Virus record (IMG/VR): IMGVR_UViG_3300030107_003448
Span: 36,679 to 100,678 of that record
Strand: one strand, 5' to 3'
DNA: 64,000 bases
From: a virus
Both the position numbers and the translations under genes were made by a program. Each line of letters starts with the position of its first letter. The first letter of the stretch is position 1. Shown piece after piece: positions 38,502 through 47,716 of this stretch. Below the pieces are notes generated by a model. It did not search any database and was not told where the DNA came from. It saw nothing but the letters and a program-made list of their open reading frames with translations.

Positions 38502-40907
38502 TTAAAAGTATCTCCTTGGAGAGGGTTTTCCGACAGCCCTCTTACTGTCCCATCCCATCGCTTCTTCTAACACAGTTATTTTTGATAGGATTAATTTATT
38601 CACAATAGTAGGCCAATCAATAGTAAAACCTGTGAGGTCTTTTTTTGTTTGGAAACTTACCACATTAGTATCGGGTAAATTGTTAGGAGTGCTAGACACA
38701 AATACCCAAGGCACACTGTCTCCTTTAGTGAATTTCTCACGGCCTGCTAAATGTTTGTTATAGAAGTGTGCCGCTTTAGCACCGTTAGGCATATGGGATG
38801 GGTTGTATGTCTCGGGCTTCTTTCCTAAGCGAGTCCATGAACATACTTCTTCTATGTCTACATCTCCTTTGAGCACCTTAGCCGCTATAGGTCTAACCGC
38901 ACCAATTACGTCACTCTCATTCTTACCTTCACTGATTAGATTAAACACTACACCTTGCACATGTTTAGAAATAGGAGCAGCATGGCTCGCTTTGTATTCA
39001 TACCCTGCTACTTTCATTTGGCCTGCTTCTTCTAGTGGCCATGATTTAATACCAAAGTATCTATTCTTTTTAGCCACTGTCCAGTAAGGGAAATAGCATT
39101 CTAATTCTACAAACAATTCTGGGGCATTCAGTTCACTCTGCACTTTTTCTGTAAGATGATTAGCAAGTTCAGTCGCTTTATCAAAAGGAACTTGTATCAT
39201 ACTAGAATCAGTGTGACCATATAGCGCTTTGAATCCTTGTTGTTCTGCTTCATTAAGAAGGAAATGAATACTCTCCCTACCTACTGCTGTGATACTACTG
39301 GCTATTTCATACGAACTCCATCCGTAACCTGCGCTCGCTGTCGCACCATATAGTGAGGCCATCACACGCTTCACTGCTTTCTGAAAAATATCCCATCCAT
39401 CTCTTTCTTCATCTGTTTCTGCATTTCTCATATTAGATTTTAATTCATCACGTAATTCAAATAATTCTTCTACAATTTGAGGAAGTAAACCTTTCTCTCT
39501 CTGATTCCAGACAGTGCCATTAGGTAAAATGTGCACAGCCTTAGATTGAATTTCTTCCTGTGTGGGTTTGTAATCTAATAGTAATGTCTCCCATGAGAGG
39601 TTATGTGATTTTACAATCGAAGGGTATAGTCCTTTGTAATCTACTACTGCTACTCCTTCATACCTACCCGGAGAAGGTGGAGGAATGTATGCTCCTTTTA
39701 ATGCAGGGTGTTCTCTCTTGTCACGGGTAGGCGCTTTCCATTTTGTTCTTCTGCCTAATAAGCCCCTAAAGAATTTAGTAACTCTATGTGTTGAAGAAAA
39801 GGTTACCCCACAGAATTTTTGTAAAGCCAAAAAGAAATCTGTCGCATGTAAACGTTTGTCTATATCACGTAACAATAACACATCTTGCACACAGTAGTCA
39901 ACATAATCTTTGAATGAAACACTTTCATGTGTGCCTTCCCATATAGTCCAGTCCGATGCGTCTACATCATGCTTGCTCCCTAGACCCAATTCGGTAGCGA
40001 TAGTATTCAACTTACGATTAGGTAACTGCCCTTTACCACTATCCATCCATACACGCTCAAAGCCACCGCCTAAACTACCACGAGTAGAACTATCAAATAC
40101 GATACGTCCTAGTATTGGTTGGTCGGTATCGTCATAATACCCTTTAGTTTTAGGGGGTCTACGAACTTGACCAATAGGGGATAGCCTAGTGAAATCAGAT
40201 TCTAATCTACGGACTAGATGAGGGACATCAAAAAAGTTAGCACCATGTGCTACTAATATGTCTGGGTCACACTCCTCTAAAAATTGTAAGAAGGCTTCTA
40301 ACAAAGCACCTTCACTACCATACAATCTCATCTCATACCCACCAACATCTTCACACCAATAGGTATCTGTGCAAGGCTTACCTTGTTCTTTAAGCGCTTG
40401 CTGTTCTTTATTCCAAGCAAATGTTACAGGGTATTTTAAGATAGAATCGTGCACACAAATAACAGTGGTCATTTCATTCTTAGTCCCTACATACACTGCT
40501 TCAATATCGAAGTGCCAAACACGAGGTGCCCAATCTGGAATTTTATTATATGTATCTATAAGATAACGGTCTGCATGATGCACGTCTGCTTCATAGGTGC
40601 GATAGAATTCATCACGCATTGACCCTATTTCAGAGGGCTTATGCGCTACAACTTTAACTAAATCTATTGACCCTTCTTTAGGGTCTGGTAATGACTTAGC
40701 CTTACAGTCCCATTCCACTCTTGAACCCGGGTATCTATTCAATACATTCTGTATCAAAGGTTTAGATGTAGAAGCAGGAATCCAAAAGTAAGGTTCATAT
40801 TCTCTAGGGGATATATTATTCTCAACCAATCTACCATCCTTATCACGATACCTTGTATAGAGCCACGCTCTACCATCGTAGTCTGGATAGTATTGGTCGA
40901 TTATCAT
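38502..40907 (-). CDS. polB: Family B DNA polymerase
   Basis: Exonuclease motifs FDIE, NFFD and YCVQD. Polymerase motifs DYKGLYPS, KRVMASLYG, YGHTDS and KNRYFG. Confidence 0.95.
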   Translation of the reverse strand: MIIDQYYPDYDGRAWLYTRYRDKDGRLVENNISPREYEPYFWIPASTSKPLIQNVLNRYPGSRVEWDCKAKSLPDPKEGSIDLVKVVAHKPSEIGSMRDEFYRTYEADVHHADRYLIDTYNKIPDWAPRVWHFDIEAVYVGTKNEMTTVICVHDSILKYPVTFAWNKEQQALKEQGKPCTDTYWCEDVGGYEMRLYGSEGALLEAFLQFLEECDPDILVAHGANFFDVPHLVRRLESDFTRLSPIGQVRRPPKTKGYYDDTDQPILGRIVFDSSTRGSLGGGFERVWMDSGKGQLPNRKLNTIATELGLGSKHDVDASDWTIWEGTHESVSFKDYVDYCVQDVLLLRDIDKRLHATDFFLALQKFCGVTFSSTHRVTKFFRGLLGRRTKWKAPTRDKREHPALKGAYIPPPSPGRYEGVAVVDYKGLYPSIVKSHNLSWETLLLDYKPTQEEIQSKAVHILPNGTVWNQREKGLLPQIVEELFELRDELKSNMRNAETDEERDGWDIFQKAVKRVMASLYGATASAGYGWSSYEIASSITAVGRESIHFLLNEAEQQGFKALYGHTDSSMIQVPFDKATELANHLTEKVQSELNAPELFVELECYFPYWTVAKKNRYFGIKSWPLEEAGQMKVAGYEYKASHAAPISKHVQGVVFNLISEGKNESDVIGAVRPIAAKVLKGDVDIEEVCSWTRLGKKPETYNPSHMPNGAKAAHFYNKHLAGREKFTKGDSVPWVFVSSTPNNLPDTNVVSFQTKKDLTGFTIDWPTIVNKLILSKITVLEEAMGWDSKRAVGKPSPRRYF

Positions 40908-41041
40908 TCTTTACACCTACACAATGCTTTCTTTGTTTCGGTAGTATAAATCAAAGTATGAGTCCAATGCCAATAGCCCTTATCTGATATTATGCAATAG
41001 ATACATTTTGGTCCGTAGGTTTTTTTATCAAAATCTATCAT
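40904..41041 (-). CDS. 45-aa Cys-rich microprotein (not in ORF track)
   Basis: MIDFDKKTYGPKCIYC…ALCRCKE*, with ATGA overlaps at both ends. Confidence 0.6.
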   Translation of the reverse strand: MIDFDKKTYGPKCIYCIISDKGYWHWTHTLIYTTETKKALCRCKE

Positions 41042-41817
41042 TCCCACCCCTCCTCATAGTCACAGTCGAATACAATCAAACATGCATCACTACCTTCGTG
41101 GGTAATTATCATGGGTGCGTCATCTCCCATATACACAGCAAGTTTGCCACTAGGTAATGACTTTAAGTTAATAGGAAAGTTAGCCCCGTATGTAGATGAG
41201 GTTTTCTTTTCTACTCCTTTGACATTCTCTAATGGCACAACAGCAAACATCCTACCTTTACTTTTCTTACCTGCTTTAACAATCATTTCTGAATTGTTTG
41301 TATAGAAATCAGTAGTATACAATGGGTTTTCACCTAACACTGTGTGTATAGCACTCACTTCTTCTAGGGATGATTTGTCTATCACTGCTGAACAAGTCAA
41401 AGGTCTGTCTGCCCATTTGGTCCATAGGTTTTTCTTGGTTTTTTCTAATAGTTTTTCAATAGAACCAACCAATGAATTGGAACTTATGTTACCTGCGCCG
41501 GGTAAATGTATTTTGGCTTTACCGCATGTTACATATAACATCTTAGACATACCATCTTGGAGAAGGGTGACTGTATCTTCTTTACCTGTTCTCAAGAATG
41601 AGGTCATAGTATTGACATCACTAATAGAGAACGCTCCTTTACTGTCTGTTGTGCAAGGTGTTGTCAATCTAAGATAGTGTGTATAATACCCAATAGATGC
41701 CGAGAGTGTAGGTGTTTCCTTATCGCCTGTAATCCTTAAACATAAGTCACCTATATTAGAACCCATAGAGTTGATTAACTTCAATAGGTTCTTTCTATTT
41801 ACTGTGCACTGAACCAT
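41038..41817 (-). CDS. Putative PCNA-like sliding clamp
   Basis: 259 aa with a clamp-like alpha/beta pattern ending in MGDDAPMIIT. It lies between PolB and RFC. Confidence 0.55.
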   Translation of the reverse strand: MVQCTVNRKNLLKLINSMGSNIGDLCLRITGDKETPTLSASIGYYTHYLRLTTPCTTDSKGAFSISDVNTMTSFLRTGKEDTVTLLQDGMSKMLYVTCGKAKIHLPGAGNISSNSLVGSIEKLLEKTKKNLWTKWADRPLTCSAVIDKSSLEEVSAIHTVLGENPLYTTDFYTNNSEMIVKAGKKSKGRMFAVVPLENVKGVEKKTSSTYGANFPINLKSLPSGKLAVYMGDDAPMIITHEGSDACLIVFDCDYEEGWE

Positions 41818-41832
41818 ATAACCACCCCCTCA

Positions 41833-42828
41833 TCAAAGGAGGTTGTCTCTTAGTTCTGGCAGACCATACCATATCGGTTCTTTACCCTTAGTCGTGCTAA
41901 ATATTATACGCTCTTGCCCTTCTAAGGCAGCATTGGTTTTACACTTAAAGAACTCAACAGCATACTGTGTCTCTCCTGTGAGTGAACCATCTGCATCTCT
42001 TACCTTTTTCTTACGGAACCATAAGATTTGATGTAAGTAATTACTCGCATGCTTTTCCCAGTCTGGTTTCCATCCACCTGTTTCTTGGTCACGGAATACC
42101 TCTGGTTTGATATGAGTCTCCCAAAATACAGAGACTCCATTGGCTACAAGTCTGCGACACAAAGCAGTTAGTTGATGGAAACGGGTAGTTCTAATACCCC
42201 AGTTCCATTGATTACCCACTGTCTTACTTGGGTCACTGGCTTCAATACCATCCTTCGCTATACCCATGTCTGTAATTTTCATGTTCACTTTACATACACT
42301 ATCCCATGAATCTACACTAGTCACCATAAAGTGAGTTAACATTGGTCCATCATAATCTGGTTGCATTTGTTTAACACTTTGCTCTACAGCATACTGCCCC
42401 CAATCCATTACACGTTGATGAGTTGCAGGATAATCATACGCTGTCCTGTCATCTGTTTGCATTACATAGGGGTCAATACATCTAATGTGAGGGGTGTTAT
42501 TCCAATGGGCACTACGACAAGCAGCCGCACCCCCATCAAAATCCAAGACCCACATCATACTTTTCGGTTCATTGTTTAGATGATGCATAAAAGCATCCAC
42601 TACTGTCCCTGTTTTTGTGGTGTTTTCATGTCCTACTACACCTGCAAATATAGGACGGGATGGTTTATAATCTGCCAACCTATTCATTTCTTCTTCTAAA
42701 GATGCGAACTTACCTGTGCTAACTACAGGTATTGCCTCTGCTATGACAGCCTTGTCTTTTACTTCGGCCTTTTTCTCCGCTACCTTTACTTCTTGTTTTT
42801 CTTTTTTTACCTTTCCAAATCCGCTCAT
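41833..42828 (-). CDS. RecA/Sak4-like P-loop ATPase
   Basis: Walker A GHENTTKT, VLDFDGG and Walker B-like MVTSVD. Confidence 0.55.
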   Translation of the reverse strand: MSGFGKVKKEKQEVKVAEKKAEVKDKAVIAEAIPVVSTGKFASLEEEMNRLADYKPSRPIFAGVVGHENTTKTGTVVDAFMHHLNNEPKSMMWVLDFDGGAAACRSAHWNNTPHIRCIDPYVMQTDDRTAYDYPATHQRVMDWGQYAVEQSVKQMQPDYDGPMLTHFMVTSVDSWDSVCKVNMKITDMGIAKDGIEASDPSKTVGNQWNWGIRTTRFHQLTALCRRLVANGVSVFWETHIKPEVFRDQETGGWKPDWEKHASNYLHQILWFRKKKVRDADGSLTGETQYAVEFFKCKTNAALEGQERIIFSTTKGKEPIWYGLPELRDNLL

Positions 42829-42838
42829 TTATATCTCC

Positions 42839-42967
42839 TCATTTATTTATTTCTCCTTTAGGATTACTCATACCACATTGAGGACAACTAGGTATTTTCA
42901 TACCCTTGTGTAAATCCTCACCTTCGTCATATCCATAATCACAACATGTCAATTTGTATTTTTTCAT
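42839..42967 (-). CDS. 42-aa CPxCG zinc-finger microprotein (not in ORF track)
   Basis: MKKYKLTCCDYGYD…SCPQCGMSNPKGEINK*, with a GAGGAG RBS. Confidence 0.6.
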   Translation of the reverse strand: MKKYKLTCCDYGYDEGEDLHKGMKIPSCPQCGMSNPKGEINK

Positions 42968-42977
42968 TCATATCTCC

Positions 42978-44267
42978 TCAATCAAATTGTCCTAGTCCTG
43001 TGTCCCCGCCGCTTTGTCTCCTACGTGCTCTGTTAGGGATAGCATGTATACCAAGCACATTCAGTTTAGGCACATACTTATCTCCTCTAACTTGTAGACC
43101 AATACGACCACACAATAACACAGTGCTACGTTCTGCATACTCTGCCCAACCAGAACCATCATTGAATTCAAATGGATGTCCTAGTTCACCTAATGCACCA
43201 GAAATCCAACATCTAACTTCTGCTCTTTCATCTCCAAAGGCTTGCTGTAGAGACATGCTAGATATATCCATGCTGTAATTCTTACCTGTTTGGTCCCAGT
43301 CTGCTGTTTGTGGTTCAGTGCTCATACGAGCCACGAAACCTTTTGTAATTACTATAGGACCAAAGTGCCCTTCACCATTTGACAATGATTGTTTACCTGC
43401 TTCATAGGCTTCTGCTAATTCATCCAATCCTACATAGTGTTCATGGAAGTCATCATTAGTCCAAAACTTATCTGCTCTCAAGTCACGTCTTAGGTCTGGG
43501 TCTACAAACTCATCTGTATATGATATGCTGCTTGCCCAATCATCCCATACTTCTACGACATCATCCCAACCTTCTTTTGCATCATCACGTATAGGCTTAC
43601 CATTAAACTTACATGGCACACCTAGTGTTACAACATCTTCTGGTTTCGCTGCTACACGTAGCATTCTAATCTCATCTTCAAAGTGTCCTTTCTGATTCCC
43701 AAGGAAATACAAGTATCTCACTTGGTCATATGCTGGATATGCTTTACCATAATTAGAAGACTCTGCGTTTTGCACAAGCAAACCTAACACACTATCTCCA
43801 AAACGGAATGCATTTTGTGGGAGTGTTCCTTCCACTACAGCCTCTCCTGTTTCTACTACACCATTCTTACCTTCCATGACCCATTGTCCTTCTTTAACAC
43901 GGAACACACCAACAGCACCACTTTCTATCAAAGCGTCTGGATTTTGTGCATAAGCCTTAGCAACTTTAGTTCTGTTAGATTCTCTACGGTCATTCCACTT
44001 GGCGGCAATGCCTATGAAATGTCCTACATATTCTACAGTGCTGCTACTGCCTGCTCCTTTGCGTCTAGTTTCCATAAAGAAACCTTCAGACAGGTCAATC
44101 AATACATCATCTTCTTCTACAGTCCAGTCATCCATACCGAAATCTTTCACTAGATATGCACTAAATTCTTTTAGCGCTTCATCTAAATCAATACCTACAC
44201 GGTCTGCATAGGCTTGAAGTCTTTCAGTTACTTCGTCTGGCCACTCTCTATCTTCGTTTTCATACAT
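42978..44267 (-). CDS. Putative ssDNA-binding (RPA-like) protein (likely start ATG 44267)
   Basis: Acidic, beta-rich protein between RFC and the ATPase, with an acidic/aromatic C-terminal tip. GAGGTGA RBS precedes 44267. Function is inferred from context. Confidence 0.4.
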   Translation of the reverse strand: MYENEDREWPDEVTERLQAYADRVGIDLDEALKEFSAYLVKDFGMDDWTVEEDDVLIDLSEGFFMETRRKGAGSSSTVEYVGHFIGIAAKWNDRRESNRTKVAKAYAQNPDALIESGAVGVFRVKEGQWVMEGKNGVVETGEAVVEGTLPQNAFRFGDSVLGLLVQNAESSNYGKAYPAYDQVRYLYFLGNQKGHFEDEIRMLRVAAKPEDVVTLGVPCKFNGKPIRDDAKEGWDDVVEVWDDWASSISYTDEFVDPDLRRDLRADKFWTNDDFHEHYVGLDELAEAYEAGKQSLSNGEGHFGPIVITKGFVARMSTEPQTADWDQTGKNYSMDISSMSLQQAFGDERAEVRCWISGALGELGHPFEFNDGSGWAEYAERSTVLLCGRIGLQVRGDKYVPKLNVLGIHAIPNRARRRQSGGDTGLGQFD

Positions 44268-44308
44268 TTTTATTTTCACCTCATTTGGTTTTTGTTTCCT
44301 CAATTACT

Positions 44309-44331
44309 TTATTTTTGTTGGTTCTTAAAGG
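44309..44331 (-). promoter_or_regulatory. Conserved viral promoter-like element, copy 3 (inside the RFC 3' end)
   Basis: CCTTTAAGAACCAACAAAAATAA also encodes FKNQQK*. Confidence 0.7.
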
Positions 44332-45271
44332 AATTTGATTTTTGGGCTAATTTCGCCACAAAATATTCAAAGAAAGAACGGTCATCAGCAGGCCACTCAT
44401 TGGCCATGCTCATGAACTCGCCCCATGTTAACATGAAGTTGAAGTAATCTTCATCCTCAAGTAAATCTCGGATGCGCCTACGGAGACCATGCAAGATAGA
44501 AAATCTATCGTCACCTCTCTCCAACGCTCCATTTAATCTAACAGATACTAATGATAAGTCACCCGCCATCAGCGCCATGCTTGCATCACTTAACTCACTA
44601 GACTCACTACGCACCGCACCTTCGATAGATGCCTCTGTGTATTCGGGTAGGCTTTCAAGAATAGATATAGCCTTACGTAGGTCTCCATTACATACTGCTA
44701 CCAATTGCTCAAGTTTTTCTTTCTTATCACATACTTTCATCCATTCCATTGGTGCTTCTTCTTTCAATATTTCATGGAGGAATAACACACCATCCTCTGG
44801 AGTCACTGGCCCAAACTTATAATGTCTACATCTTGATTTGATAGCAGGTTTTAATTTCTCTGGGTGATTTGCAGTGAGTATGAATAATGTGCTCTTGTTA
44901 GTGTTCTCAATGATTTGCCTCAAAGCATCTTGTGCGGCAGGGGTAAGTCCATCTGCCTCATCTAATAGTATAACTTTACGACCACCTGTAATAGAGCGAG
45001 TGCGTGCTACTTGTTTTAATTCATCACGAATGAAACCAATACCTCTGTCATCACTAGCGTTAGTGACAATAAGATTACCACTTAGGTGTTCACCATGCAT
45101 CATCTTAGCGATGGCTATAGCGGCTGTTGTTTTACCTGTGCCCGGCCCGCCAGAAAATAATAATGCAGGGGGGTAGCCTTTTTCTTCCCATCCCTTAGCG
45201 TCACGTTTCAAATCTGAAACTCCTGCCATGTCTGCTATGGTTTCTGGTCTATACTTCTCTGTCCAATTCAT
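44309..45271 (-). CDS. rfcS: Replication factor C (clamp loader) small subunit
   Basis: WTEKYRP, GGPGTGKT, NASDDRG, LDEAD, SRC and GDLRKAI. Confidence 0.93.
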   Translation of the reverse strand: MNWTEKYRPETIADMAGVSDLKRDAKGWEEKGYPPALLFSGGPGTGKTTAAIAIAKMMHGEHLSGNLIVTNASDDRGIGFIRDELKQVARTRSITGGRKVILLDEADGLTPAAQDALRQIIENTNKSTLFILTANHPEKLKPAIKSRCRHYKFGPVTPEDGVLFLHEILKEEAPMEWMKVCDKKEKLEQLVAVCNGDLRKAISILESLPEYTEASIEGAVRSESSELSDASMALMAGDLSLVSVRLNGALERGDDRFSILHGLRRRIRDLLEDEDYFNFMLTWGEFMSMANEWPADDRSFFEYFVAKLAQKSNSFKNQQK

Positions 45272-45453
45272 TCTATCACCTCAACATAGTCACGACTTTT
45301 AAGACTATAACCACACACTTCACATTCAATATATACTCTAAACACTATATCTCCATTAACCACTATTGGGTCAACTTCGGAAGACCATACATGTCCTCCA
45401 TGATAACATTCATGTTCTTCATTTTTCATTCCTTCCATGTCATCATACTTCAT
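45268..45453 (-). CDS. Small zinc-finger protein
   Basis: C…H…CEVCG. Confidence 0.55.
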   Translation of the reverse strand: MKYDDMEGMKNEEHECYHGGHVWSSEVDPIVVNGDIVFRVYIECEVCGYSLKSRDYVEVIE

Positions 45454-45566
45454 GCTGTCACCTCATCTAATATAGTTCCACACTTAGGACAATTAATTTC
45501 ATACACTTTTATTACTTCATATAACCCATTAGAGTTAATGTAATCTTCACAACATTTGTAACTCAT
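45450..45566 (-). CDS. 38-aa CPxCG microprotein (not in ORF track)
   Basis: MSYKCCEDY…NCPKCGTILDEVTA*, flanked by two GAGGTGACAGCATGA junctions. Confidence 0.65.
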   Translation of the reverse strand: MSYKCCEDYINSNGLYEVIKVYEINCPKCGTILDEVTA

Positions 45567-45570
45567 GCTG

Positions 45571-45786
45571 TCACCTCACCTTGTTGACCCTCTGGCATCT
45601 TTCCCATAGGTAATCCATAGCCCATTCAATATCTTCTACTGTGCAAATGAGAGGCGCACCGAATGTATCTGTGCCCCCATTGACTTCTTTAAAGTAGTCG
45701 TAACCGTTACCTTCAAGTTGAGTGTATTGCATAATACAGATATTCAATGCCTGTATCTTTCCTTTCGATTTAGGGAATCGTTTCAT
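45571..45786 (-). CDS. Hypothetical protein
   Basis: GGTGA RBS, in the operon. Confidence 0.5.
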   Translation of the reverse strand: MKRFPKSKGKIQALNICIMQYTQLEGNGYDYFKEVNGGTDTFGAPLICTVEDIEWAMDYLWERCQRVNKVR

Positions 45787-45887
45787 GCTCTCACCTTTAA
45801 GGGGTTTTCGCTAAGTAGGGGGGGAGGGGGGGTAGAAAAATTTCCCGTGCGAGGCATATTTATTATTGTGTTCAATTTCGTTTTCAT
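45783..45887 (-). CDS. Possible 34-aa polyproline leader peptide
   Basis: MKTKLNTIINMPRTGNFSTPPPPLLSENPLKVRA*. Its ATG is 29 nt after the TATA and its TGA overlaps the next ATG. Confidence 0.35.
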   Translation of the reverse strand: MKTKLNTIINMPRTGNFSTPPPPLLSENPLKVRA

Positions 45888-45895
45888 CAATAGTT

Positions 45896-45918
45896 TTATT
45901 GTTGTCGGTTCTTAAAGG
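45896..45918 (-). promoter_or_regulatory. Conserved viral promoter-like element, copy 4
   Basis: CCTTTAAGAACCGACAACAATAA. Its TAA is the stop of 45912..46304. Confidence 0.75.
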
Positions 45919-46304
45919 ATTGAATCAACATAGGTGACATATTCACGGAATGCGGGTATATCATCGTGAGGTGGAGGGTTCATCAAAATATACTCGGCTG
46001 CCTTTATTGGTTGTGTAGATGGGAAATAATCAGACCAAGGTTTGAGCATGTCCAGTAATTTAAGCAGGCTCTCCTCATCAGTCACTTGGTTACCCTCGGT
46101 TGTCTGTATATCTCGCCTTAGCAGGAAATCTCGTAGGAGGGATTTTGTGGCTGTAGATTTACGTAAACCTATATCAGCACTCACAAATAACCTATGCCCA
46201 CAAACGTTCCTTACACTGTTTTTCATACTTACTTTCAAATTAAAACATTGAATGAGCATACCTAAAGCAACACGGTCAGATTTGCTTAATTCATTCAAGA
46301 GCAT
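45912..46304 (-). CDS. Degenerate single-domain LAGLIDADG-fold protein
   Basis: By-eye similarity to I-CreI-type proteins (GHRLFVSADI, LLKLLDMLKPW, FREYVTYVDSI). There is no acidic residue at the end of the first helix. Confidence 0.45.
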   Translation of the reverse strand: MLLNELSKSDRVALGMLIQCFNLKVSMKNSVRNVCGHRLFVSADIGLRKSTATKSLLRDFLLRRDIQTTEGNQVTDEESLLKLLDMLKPWSDYFPSTQPIKAAEYILMNPPPHDDIPAFREYVTYVDSIL

Positions 46305-47716
46305 GCCTCCACTATATCTGTAAATTGACTAGTATCTCCTCTACCTAATTCTCCATTAATACCTGTAAATTCAAAGTTCAAAAACTTGTATGTTTCGGCC
46401 TCTATATTTGTGCAAGTGCCCTCTACTATAATGCCTAATTTCTCTATATCTTCCCAATCTTCTTCTGGGCTCACTCCTCTACGATTGAGTATCAAAATAA
46501 CATTTGTGCTCGCCTCTGCGTCAAGGGTAAGAGTGTGAATCGGGAAAGAGTCAAACCCGTCTAAAACAGCCAATCTTAAACAAATGAATCCTTCTTTGTC
46601 TTTTTTCATTTCTGTAATTAATAGGCGGAATTGGAATGCGTGGTGCACAAGAATCCACCCGTTATTATCTCCGGGTTTGTATGGGCCTCCATCGACAATA
46701 CGGGCTAGTTCATTATCGTCTAACAAAGACATAATTTGTGTAGCAGATTCATTACCTGTTAATTCCATTGGCTCTATCACTTTCATTCTTTTACCACTAC
46801 TAGCCCAAAAACGTAGTATGTGAATCCTGTCTTTGTAAGGGAGGTGTATTTTAGATTCATTGTAATATAAGCAATCAGTCACACACCATAATTTATTATT
46901 CATAGATTCTACTTCTACAATCCAATCTCCTCTAGGTTTGTAACCATCCCACATTGTTTTGAGACCAATTACCTTAGACCCGTCTCTATTTCTTAAGGTG
47001 GCTTTTCTGTTATGGATATATAAAAATCTACGTGGTCCTCTCACTATATCTACAAATGAGTCTTCGGGCATCGTAGTTTTTCCCCACTGTTGATAATGCC
47101 CCCCTTTCATAGCACAATCTGGTCTAGGTGTTAGCATGGGTAATGTTTCTGGTGATTTTAATAGTCTGATAACTACCTCAAGAAAAGGGATAGTAGAATA
47201 AGCGGCATGTATATCATTTGGTTTAAATTTCATATGAGGCACATGTGACCATGCTAGAGCATATAAAAACGAACCTTGGCTCATAGAAATGGGCCTACTT
47301 GTTAGAATAGTAGACCAAAATAATAGTGCTTCTAGTTCATCCATTTGATTGCATAATGTAAGAATATCATGATTGTATAAATCCTTAGCGATAGCCAAGC
47401 ATTGAGTAATGGTTATGCCAGTAGATGTTATTCCTTCAGATTCGGATGCTAATATTTCTGGTAAAGTTTCATGTCCTAAAGATTGTGAAATAGTATGAGG
47501 GTAAACATTTAGTTCCTCAGATAATTTAAGCCGTAAATTTTTGCTACTAATATAAGGGCCACAGAAAAGGAAATCACATAATTCTATAATTTCTTCGTGG
47601 TTTTTAGATTCCTCTATCACACCTTTGACAAAATCTTTACGATTCTCAAAATGGGGTTTTTTTATCCATAATTCAGCCGCTAGTTCAGCCACTTTTCTTA
47701 ATCGCATTTCAACCAT
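46295..47716 (-). CDS. ATP-dependent DNA ligase homolog, probably catalytically inactive
   Basis: Ligase motif order is kept (RNRDG, IVEVE, TDCLYYN, LPYKDRIHIL, PYKPG…W). Motif I reads DIVRGPR and motif V reads WILVH. Confidence 0.65.
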   Translation of the reverse strand: MVEMRLRKVAELAAELWIKKPHFENRKDFVKGVIEESKNHEEIIELCDFLFCGPYISSKNLRLKLSEELNVYPHTISQSLGHETLPEILASESEGITSTGITITQCLAIAKDLYNHDILTLCNQMDELEALLFWSTILTSRPISMSQGSFLYALAWSHVPHMKFKPNDIHAAYSTIPFLEVVIRLLKSPETLPMLTPRPDCAMKGGHYQQWGKTTMPEDSFVDIVRGPRRFLYIHNRKATLRNRDGSKVIGLKTMWDGYKPRGDWIVEVESMNNKLWCVTDCLYYNESKIHLPYKDRIHILRFWASSGKRMKVIEPMELTGNESATQIMSLLDDNELARIVDGGPYKPGDNNGWILVHHAFQFRLLITEMKKDKEGFICLRLAVLDGFDSFPIHTLTLDAEASTNVILILNRRGVSPEEDWEDIEKLGIIVEGTCTNIEAETYKFLNFEFTGINGELGRGDTSQFTDIVEACS

